64,000 bases of DNA, taken from NCBI GenBank assembly GCA_005879815.1, contig VBKA01000020.1:223-64222 (forward strand), in the 5' to 3' direction. The position numbers and the translations under genes are program-made. Below, piece by piece: positions 57,618 to 64,000 of the stretch (its first letter is position 1; each line of letters begins with the position of its first letter). Source of the DNA: Chloroflexota bacterium. GTDB lineage: Bacteria > Chloroflexota > Limnocylindria > QHBO01. Below the pieces are notes generated by a model. That model did no database searches, had not been told where the DNA came from, and saw nothing but the letters and a program-made list of their open reading frames with translations.

Positions 57618-58411
57618 GCCCGAAAGCCCGCCACCCGACGCTCCCGCTCGAGCAGCGCAGCCTTCCGCCAGGTGCCCCCGCCATAGCCTGAGAGGCTGCC
57701 ATCGGAGGCGATGACCCGATGGCACGGCACCAGCAGCGCCAGACGGTTCATCCCATTGGCGCGAGCCACCGCTCTCACCGCCGACGGCTGACCGATTTGC
57801 GCCGCCAGCGCCGCATACGAGGTCGTGATGCCCGCCGGGATCCTGGTGAGCGCGTCCCAGACGCGCTCCTGGAACGGAGTGCCCGGACGCGCCAGGGGAA
57901 TCGTGAAGCCGGCCTGGCCGGCTTCGTCTCCGAAATAGGCGTCGAGCTCACCCTGCAGCCGGCTGTGAAGCGCGGTCTGGCCCGGTTCCAGGCGCGCCTT
58001 GAAACGCCGCTCGACGACCTTCAGCTGCGTCTCGAGCATTGGCCGATCAGCGAATTCCAGGAGTGCGAGGCCGCTGACCGCCACACCGGCGACCATCGGT
58101 CCCAATGGCGTCCGGACCAATGCCAGCCGGACCACACCTTCTTCCGCTCTGCGATGGCGCGGACGGCGCAGCCGACCGAGCAAGGCAACACGCCGCAGCC
58201 CTCGCTGCGTCCGCGGTGAATTGCCGACATCGGGCCTGCACCGGAGGCAGGGTCGGTATCCGGCGAACAGCGCGTCGGCAGAGGATCCGAAGCGCAGGGT
58301 GTTGTGCGGCTTGGGGGCAGGTGCTGGGCACCCGCTTCGGCAGAAGACCCCGGTGGTGCTGACGGCGAGCACGGACACGATCGCAAGATCCTCAAATCTG
58401 GTGACCATCAT
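57611..58411 (-). CDS. Ada Zn-finger domain fused to methylated-DNA-[protein]-cysteine S-methyltransferase (Ogt/MGMT), lacking the AraC HTH
   Basis: N-terminal TTGVFCRSGCPA...AGYRPCLRCRP is the Ada metal-binding domain. C-terminal LLVPCHRV is the MGMT active site. Confidence 0.75.
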   Translation of the reverse strand: MMVTRFEDLAIVSVLAVSTTGVFCRSGCPAPAPKPHNTLRFGSSADALFAGYRPCLRCRPDVGNSPRTQRGLRRVALLGRLRRPRHRRAEEGVVRLALVRTPLGPMVAGVAVSGLALLEFADRPMLETQLKVVERRFKARLEPGQTALHSRLQGELDAYFGDEAGQAGFTIPLARPGTPFQERVWDALTRIPAGITTSYAALAAQIGQPSAVRAVARANGMNRLALLVPCHRVIASDGSLSGYGGGTWRKAALLERERRVAGFRAQ

Positions 58412-58479
58412 GGAACGCCTCGCCGCCCCCGATCGTGAGATTCGCCGATCCACGGCCTAGGGTCCGCTACCGTTCGGCG

Positions 58480-59409
58480 GTGCATCCGTTCAGATTCGGG
58501 GTGACAGCCGGACGAGTCCCGACCAGGGAGACCTGGACCGATCTCGCGCGACGCGCCGAGAACCTCGGATACGACACCTTCCTGATGTCGGATCACCTTG
58601 GCCACCAGCTCTCGCCCGTTGGTGCGCTGGCCGCGGCCGCGGCGGTCACCTCGCGCATCCGCATCGGCGCCCTGGTCTTCGCGAACGACTACCGTCATCC
58701 GCTGCTCCTTGCCCGCGAGGCCGCCACGCTCGACCACATATCGAAAGGCCGAGTCGAGTTCGGCATCGGGGCTGGCTGGAACATGTCGGATTACCGCCAG
58801 CTCGGGATGCGGTACGAGCGGCCCGGACTGAGGATCGACCGCATGGAGGAGGCTCTGGTCGTCATCCGCCGGCTCTTCGCTGGCGATCGCGTGACCCACG
58901 CCGGCCGCCACTACCACCTCGAGGGTGCGCGACTCGCTCCTGCTCCGGTCCAGCGCCGGATTCCCATCCTGATCGGCGGCGGCGGACCGCGCCTGCTCGG
59001 CATCGCCGCGCGACAGGCGGACATCGTGGGGCTGCTCACCCAGTTCGACCGCCATGGGCGGCCGATCGCCAGCCAGGCGACCGAGGGCGAGACCGCGCGC
59101 AAGGTGGCGATCGTCCGCGACGCCGCCGGGTCACGGGAGGCATTCGAGCGTCTCGAGCTCAACGTGCTAGTCGCGAGTGCTGGCCTCATTGGCAGCGGGG
59201 CCTCGCCCCTGGGGTCCGTGGCATCGGCTCTCAAGGCCGTCGCGCCAAAGGTGGTCGGCGGCACGCCCTACCTGCTGCATGGCACGCTCGCCCAGGTGCG
59301 TGAGACGCTCCTGCGGCGTCGGGACCAGCTTGGGATCAGCTACTACGTCTGGTCTGCCCGCCTCGCCGAGCCGATGGCGCCGGTGGTCGAGGCTCTTGCG
59401 GGTCGCTAG
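58480..59409 (+). CDS. LLM-class F420-dependent oxidoreductase
   Basis: VHPFRFGV start, FLMSDHL and GIGAGWN motifs of the luciferase-like TIGR03621-type family. GTG start at 58480 (uncertain). Confidence 0.65.
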   Translation: MHPFRFGVTAGRVPTRETWTDLARRAENLGYDTFLMSDHLGHQLSPVGALAAAAAVTSRIRIGALVFANDYRHPLLLAREAATLDHISKGRVEFGIGAGWNMSDYRQLGMRYERPGLRIDRMEEALVVIRRLFAGDRVTHAGRHYHLEGARLAPAPVQRRIPILIGGGGPRLLGIAARQADIVGLLTQFDRHGRPIASQATEGETARKVAIVRDAAGSREAFERLELNVLVASAGLIGSGASPLGSVASALKAVAPKVVGGTPYLLHGTLAQVRETLLRRRDQLGISYYVWSARLAEPMAPVVEALAGR

Positions 59410-59430
59410 TCCGCCTTGCGGCAGGGCCCG

Positions 59431-59871
59431 TCACTGCTCCACATCCGCAGCGTGAGCTCGTGCCTCGCCGATCCAGCGCGCGACGTCGTGCGCCTCGGGA
59501 GCGCGTCGCACGGTGCCGCGGGTGGCAACCAGCTCCACCAGCGTCGCGGCGAGGTGCTCCGCATCCCGCCGCGCGAGCTCCGCGCAGCAATCGACGCCGG
59601 CCGCCTCCAGGAGGCTGGCATGGGCAGGACCGATCCCTTCCAGCTGCGCGAGATCGATACGGTTCACCCAGGTGCGCAGAAGGGGCTCCCGGATCCCGGT
59701 CCGCGATGCCAGGCGCTGGCGGCTGGCACGGGTGGCGCCCGCCGTCAGCAGGTCGGAATCGGTATGGACGCCGACGGCATCGAGACTGCTGGCGTGGGCA
59801 GCCCCAATCCCCTCCACCTCCGCGATCTGCACGCGTTCGCTCCTTGGTGCCGGTTGGGCACGAACCGCCAC
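59431..59871 (-). CDS. DUF4332-like protein (tandem helix-hairpin-helix repeats)
   Basis: Two copies of the VEGIGAAHASSLDAVGV / LEGIGPAHASLLEAAGV HhH-like repeat. Confidence 0.45.
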   Translation of the reverse strand: MAVRAQPAPRSERVQIAEVEGIGAAHASSLDAVGVHTDSDLLTAGATRASRQRLASRTGIREPLLRTWVNRIDLAQLEGIGPAHASLLEAAGVDCCAELARRDAEHLAATLVELVATRGTVRRAPEAHDVARWIGEARAHAADVEQ

Positions 59872-59945
59872 AGCCCGGTGAGGCCACTCACCAGGCTTCG
59901 GATGATACGTCTACGGTCGTGCGCCGGATCTGTATCACCACGAGA

Positions 59946-61172
59946 TCAGGCCACGACGCCGGAGGCACGCAGGTGGGCAATCTGGCCCGCGTCCAGACCC
60001 GCTTCCAACAGGACGGCATCCGTGTGCTCGCCAAGCCGCGGTGGCGCTTCGCGTGCCGGCAGCCGTTCCCGGTTGACCCAGATCGGGTTCGGCGCCAGTC
60101 GCGTCTGGCCGGCGTCCTGGAGCCAGGCGCCACCTGCCGTGGCCTGCATCATGGCGAGGGCCTCGCTCACCAGGTTGACGGGACCAGCGGGCACGTCGGT
60201 AGCGATCAGCGCGCCAACCAGCTCGTCGCGTCGCCGCGCGGCGATGGCGCCAGCGAGGATCGGGATCAGCTCGGCTCGGTGCGCGACGCGCCCGGCGTTG
60301 GTCGCGAATCGATCATCGGGATCGAGGTCCAGCGTGGAGATGAGGCGCGCGAACTGCCGATCGTTGCCGACCGCGATCGCCACGTGGCCATCGGCCGTCG
60401 CGAACACCTCGTACGGCACGATGTTGGGGTGGGCGTTGCCGTAGCGCATTGGCTCTTCACCGGTGGCAACCAGGTTGCCGAGCACGTTGATCAGGCTCGC
60501 AACCCCCGCCTCCACGAGCGCCACGTCGAATCGTGAGCCACGCACCTCGTCGATTCGCGATCCCTGGCCGAGCCTGCGTCCCTGGCGCTCGGCCGCCAGC
60601 AGGCCCGCCAGCGCGCCCACCGCAACCTCCAGGCCCGCGAGCAGGTCGAGCAGCGCCACCCCGACCTTCATGGGCGTACCAAGAGGCTCGCCGGTGACCG
60701 CCATGAGGCCGGTGACCGCCTGCGCGAGGAGGTCGTAGGCAGGGCGTTCGGCGTTCTCTCCGGCGATCGCGAAGCCATCGACCACGGCCACGACCAGGTC
60801 GGGATGCCGCTCGGCAAGGCGACCCCCACCGAGGCCCAGGCGCTCCGCTGACGCGGGCCGCGCGTTGTGCATCAGCAGGTCCGAGCGCGAGGCGAGCAGG
60901 TCCAGGAGCTCGCGGCCGCCATCGGTCCCCAGGTCCGCCACGATGGAGCGCTTGTTGCGGTTGACCGCGGCGAAATATGCACTGATCCGCTCGGCGGGAT
61001 CGCCCCAGAACGGCGGACCCCAGTCGCGGCTCTCGTCGCCGGTGGGCGGCTCAAGCTTGACGACGTCGGCTCCCAGGTCGGCGAGCAGCATGGTGGCGAA
61101 GGGTCCGGCGAGCACGCGGCTGCAGTCGAGCACGCGCACGCCCGCGAGGGGGAGGGCCCGGTCAGCCATCAC
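59946..61172 (-). CDS. CoA-transferase family III (CaiB/BaiF) protein
   Basis: GVRVLDCSRVLAGPFATMLLADLGADVVK N-terminal motif with the catalytic Asp region. Confidence 0.8.
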   Translation of the reverse strand: MMADRALPLAGVRVLDCSRVLAGPFATMLLADLGADVVKLEPPTGDESRDWGPPFWGDPAERISAYFAAVNRNKRSIVADLGTDGGRELLDLLASRSDLLMHNARPASAERLGLGGGRLAERHPDLVVAVVDGFAIAGENAERPAYDLLAQAVTGLMAVTGEPLGTPMKVGVALLDLLAGLEVAVGALAGLLAAERQGRRLGQGSRIDEVRGSRFDVALVEAGVASLINVLGNLVATGEEPMRYGNAHPNIVPYEVFATADGHVAIAVGNDRQFARLISTLDLDPDDRFATNAGRVAHRAELIPILAGAIAARRRDELVGALIATDVPAGPVNLVSEALAMMQATAGGAWLQDAGQTRLAPNPIWVNRERLPAREAPPRLGEHTDAVLLEAGLDAGQIAHLRASGVVA

Positions 61173-61228
61173 GCCAGCCTACGGTAGACCGATGCGATGC
61201 TGCGAAGGGCCGCGGCTAGCATGGGCGC

Positions 61229-62125
61229 GTGAAGGTCGGCGCGGTGATGCCCATCAGCGAGGGTGAGCTGTCGGGGCGGACCGCTTCCTACGCTGAGCTG
61301 CGGGAGATTGCCCAGGCGGCCGAGGCCGCCGGTCTCGACTCGATCTGGGTCTACGACCACCTGCTGTTCCGTTTCCCGCCCGAGCCGACTTCCGGCATCT
61401 ACGAGGCGTGGTCGGTCCTTGCCGCGTTGGCCGCGGACACCGCTCGCGTGGAGATCGGCACCATCGTGCTGGCGATGCCATTCCGCAACCCGGCGGTCCT
61501 GGCCAAGATGGCCGTGACGGTCGACGAGATCAGCGGCGGACGCCTGATCCTGGGGCTGGGTGCGGGGTGGCACGAGCCGGAGTTTGATGCCTTCGGCATC
61601 CCGTTCGACCACCGGGTGGGGCGGTTCGAGGAGGCGCTCAAGATCGTCCTGCCGCTGCTTCGTGAGGGCCGCGCCGACATCCGCGGCCACTATCACCAGG
61701 CCGATGACGCCGTCCTGTTCCCTCGCGGGCCGCGACCGTCCGGTCCGCCCATCCTGATCGCCGGCCGGCGGCCGCGGATGCTGCGGCTGACCGTCGAGCA
61801 CGCCGACATGTGGAACGCCGCCTGGTTCGGGGACGTGTCCGAGATCGAGCCGCGGGTCGCTCCTCTCCGCGAGGCGCTTGCCGCCGCCGGCCGGGATCCG
61901 ACGACGCTCGAGATCACGATCGGCGTTAACGTCGTCTTCGCGGAGCTCGTTACCGCCGCTGACGAACCACCGACGCACGCCCTCCGAGGCTCGCCCGCCG
62001 AGATCGCCGCGGGGCTGCGCCGTTATCGCGAAGCCGGCGTCGGCCACGTCATCGCGGCGTGCGTCCCATCATCCGGGGACGCGATGCACGCCCTCGCGGA
62101 GGCCGTGAGCCTCGCACGAGCCTGA
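61229..62125 (+). CDS. LLM-class flavin/F420-dependent oxidoreductase
   Basis: VYDHLLF...GLGAGWHEPE luciferase-like motifs. GTG start. Confidence 0.7.
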   Translation: MKVGAVMPISEGELSGRTASYAELREIAQAAEAAGLDSIWVYDHLLFRFPPEPTSGIYEAWSVLAALAADTARVEIGTIVLAMPFRNPAVLAKMAVTVDEISGGRLILGLGAGWHEPEFDAFGIPFDHRVGRFEEALKIVLPLLREGRADIRGHYHQADDAVLFPRGPRPSGPPILIAGRRPRMLRLTVEHADMWNAAWFGDVSEIEPRVAPLREALAAAGRDPTTLEITIGVNVVFAELVTAADEPPTHALRGSPAEIAAGLRRYREAGVGHVIAACVPSSGDAMHALAEAVSLARA

Positions 62126-62127
62126 GC

Positions 62128-62766
62128 TCAACCGGCCGCCTCGATGACCTCGCGCGTCCAGAGCGTGTGTCGGTCGCGGGAGCCGCGTTGAGCGGCGCGA
62201 AGGAGCGCCCGACCAACGAGCCGCCGGCCACAGGTCGCGCAGACGTACCAGCGGCCATCGCGGACAAGCCGAATTGGATGCTCCGGCGCCGAGACGCGCC
62301 ATGCCGCTCGCGGCCGGCGGCTCCCCCGCCGCGCGATCTGTCGCTCGAGGGCGAGCGCCTCCGTGCCTGGGACCGCAAGCGCTCGAGCGTGACGCAGCGC
62401 GTTGGGGTAGCGCGCCGCTTCGCGCCGCAGCGCGGCGACGGGATCGGGGTCGTACCGCGCGAAGAGGTCGAAGGCCGTCGCGTAGAACGCGCGGCCGTGA
62501 TGGACCGCCTGCCGTCGCCAGCCCCGACGACGCGGGCCCCCCGGCGCCAGCCAGTGGGCGAGCTCATGCAGGAGCGTGTGCCGAGCGTCATCGCTGTCCC
62601 GACCCGTGGTGACGGCGATCGATCCGGCATGGCGTCGCGTCAACCCCGTTGAGAGTTCGCGGTCCGCGCGGCGCCAGCGCAGCGCATCGGGCGGCGCCAC
62701 GCCAACGTCTGCGCACACCCGCAGCGCGAGCTCGACCGCCCAGGCTGGCGTAGAGCCGCTCCTCAT
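62128..62766 (-). CDS. SprT-like zinc metallopeptidase domain protein with C-terminal zinc ribbon
   Basis: TLLHELAHW HExxH motif, C-terminal CATCGRRL. Confidence 0.5.
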   Translation of the reverse strand: MRSGSTPAWAVELALRVCADVGVAPPDALRWRRADRELSTGLTRRHAGSIAVTTGRDSDDARHTLLHELAHWLAPGGPRRRGWRRQAVHHGRAFYATAFDLFARYDPDPVAALRREAARYPNALRHARALAVPGTEALALERQIARRGSRRPRAAWRVSAPEHPIRLVRDGRWYVCATCGRRLVGRALLRAAQRGSRDRHTLWTREVIEAAG

Positions 62767-63065
62767 CGGTCAGGCTCGTTGGAACGCGCACGCAGCAGCC
62801 GGCCGACCTCGTCGAGCCAGGCCTGGAGGGCGGCATCGGCGTAGGTGTAGTCGTCGTAGGTGAACCCGACCATGTCGGAACCGTGGCGCGCGACGTAGTC
62901 GGCTGGCGAGATGCGCCTGAATGGGAAGGCGGACGCGGCCCGAGCCGTTCGGACCGAATCGGCCGGCTCCCGCGACACGCCCTCGTCGGCCTGCGTACGC
63001 CGGCGAGCGTCATGGCGCGCCTGCCATCGCCGCGTCAGCTCTTCGAGACGATTCTTACCGGCCAC
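62763..63065 (-). CDS. Hypothetical protein (100 aa), translationally coupled to the SprT-like gene
   Basis: ATGA overlap with the downstream gene. The C-terminal half is globular-looking (ISPADYVARHGSDMVGFTYDDYTYADAALQAWLDEV). Confidence 0.35.
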   Translation of the reverse strand: MAGKNRLEELTRRWQARHDARRRTQADEGVSREPADSVRTARAASAFPFRRISPADYVARHGSDMVGFTYDDYTYADAALQAWLDEVGRLLRARSNEPDR

Positions 63066-63101
63066 GCCCGGCAGGGTACCGCGCCAAGAAGAACGCCTGC
63101 G

Positions 63102-64000
63102 TCAGGACGCGGCGAACCCTCCGGTCGCCGGCGCCGCATCCGGCGCCGGCAGCTGGGTGTGGCGGACGCTCTCCGCATCCTCGTAGAGCCCCAGCCGGGA
63201 GACTGCGCGTTGCACCCACCGCGGCGCCCACCAATTCACCCGCCCCATGACCCGCATGAAGGCCGGCACCAGCAGCCCGCGGACGAGCGTCGCATCGATG
63301 AGGACGGCCAGCGCCTGGATGATGCCGAGCGCCTTAATGAAGAGGATGCTCGACAGCCCGAACGCGGCGAAGACAGCGACCATGATCAGCGCGGCGCCGG
63401 TGATGGTCCCTCCCGTCAGCCCAATCCCCTCAGCCACCGCGCGCGTGTTGTTGCCGGTCGCCAGGTAGCGCTCGCGGATGCGCGACAGCAGGAGCACCTC
63501 GTAGTCCATCGAGAGGCCGAACAGGATCGCGAACATGATCACCGGCAGCCAGGCGCCGATGGCCCCGGAGGGCTCGAAGCCGAGCAGGCCGGAGAGGTGT
63601 CCCTGCTGGAAGAGCCAGACCAGGGCCCCAAAGCTGGCGCTGATGCTGATCAGGCTCATCAGCACGGCCTTGACCGGCAGGAAGACCGATCCGAAGGTCA
63701 GGAACAGCACGCCGGCGGTGACGACCACCACGATCAGCACCGCGACCGGCACCGAGCTCCGGAAGCTGGCCATGAAATCCGCGGACCGCGAGGGCAGCCC
63801 ACCGGTGAGGACCTGCGATCCTGCCGGCGCGGCCAGCCCGCGGACCTGGGCGACGAGTTCACGTCCCGCATCCGAGTCCGGCAGCAGCTTCGAATACACG
63901 ATCACCCGGGTCGTGTCACCCCCGATCCAGTCCTTGAGATAGGTGCCCATCGCCGCCGCCGCGGCGGGCCGCTGACCGGCGCGCATCGCGAGCAGAGCCG
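63102..64000 (-). CDS. MMPL/RND-superfamily membrane transporter, C-terminal part; the 5' end lies beyond the window
   Basis: Six TM helices with the MMPL C-terminal pattern (LPVKAVLMSLISI...GLSMDYEVLLLSRIRE). The reading frame stays open to position 64000. Confidence 0.7.
   Translation of the reverse strand, partial: ALLAMRAGQRPAAAAAMGTYLKDWIGGDTTRVIVYSKLLPDSDAGRELVAQVRGLAAPAGSQVLTGGLPSRSADFMASFRSSVPVAVLIVVVVTAGVLFLTFGSVFLPVKAVLMSLISISASFGALVWLFQQGHLSGLLGFEPSGAIGAWLPVIMFAILFGLSMDYEVLLLSRIRERYLATGNNTRAVAEGIGLTGGTITGAALIMVAVFAAFGLSSILFIKALGIIQALAVLIDATLVRGLLVPAFMRVMGRVNWWAPRWVQRAVSRLGLYEDAESVRHTQLPAPDAAPATGGFAAS

Noticed and set aside
59416-60536. Two ~350-aa plus-strand ORFs opposite the DUF4332 and CoA-transferase III genes
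   Set aside because: Antisense, low-complexity, mutually overlapping in different frames.
1-64000. Searched for CRISPR arrays, IS elements, integrases/recombinases, rRNA and toxin-antitoxin pairs
   Set aside because: No periodic direct repeats with spacers, no transposase or tyrosine/serine recombinase motifs, and no rRNA-like segments were seen. The only repeats are the 70-bp dispersed pair and the 22-bp tandem unit.

Overview
This is a high-GC (about 70%) bacterial chromosomal segment. The codon usage and the several F420/LLM-type oxidoreductases suggest an F420-using, actinobacterium-like lineage. I count about 63 protein-coding genes and one tRNA-Gly(UCC). I found no rRNA, CRISPR array, transposase or integrase. 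Most of the window is catabolic and transport operons with tight or overlapping gene junctions (ATGA/GTGA coupling). Most overlapping ORFs in the six-frame track are Arg/Pro/Gly-rich antisense shadows typical of high-GC DNA, and I did not call them. The main contents, in order: (1) a secreted BNR-repeat protein and a CapA-like lipoprotein; (2) MFS transporters, one apparently frameshifted; (3) a divergent LutC-like/MarR pair separated by a perfect palindromic operator; (4) an S15 CocE/NonD hydrolase; (5) a multiply frameshifted cupin gene carrying a 22-bp tandem repeat; (6) an ANT(6)-like nucleotidyltransferase with atypical composition; (7) a carbohydrate locus (Gfo/Idh/MocA dehydrogenase, xylose-isomerase-like TIM-barrel protein, DeoC aldolase and a CUT2-type ABC transporter); (8) an 11-gene same-strand catabolic operon at 22.5-34 kb (creatininase, FAH, shikimate-DH-like, LLM, crotonase, family I CoA-transferase, SDR, ALDH, GMC oxidoreductase with its small subunit, DapA-like); (9) a six-gene minus-strand cluster at 36-44.5 kb in which two split PEP-synthase/PPDK-like phosphotransferase proteins and an HprK-C-like P-loop protein bracket a translationally coupled xanthine-dehydrogenase-family Mo hydroxylase (CoxM/S/L-like); (10) a ~70-bp dispersed repeat present behind a CheY-like regulator gene and again immediately 5' of tRNA-Gly; (11) a STAND adenylyl-cyclase/AAA/TPR protein; (12) an arginase-family plus amino-acid ABC plus amidohydrolase plus aminotransferase locus; (13) an HTH-less Ada/Ogt fusion, F420/LLM oxidoreductases, a family III CoA-transferase, a SprT-like metallopeptidase and the 3' part of an MMPL transporter that runs off the window. 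The cluster in (9) is the most likely candidate for an undescribed system. It resembles the phenylphosphate-synthase plus Mo-enzyme logic of anaerobic phenol metabolism, but with a different architecture.
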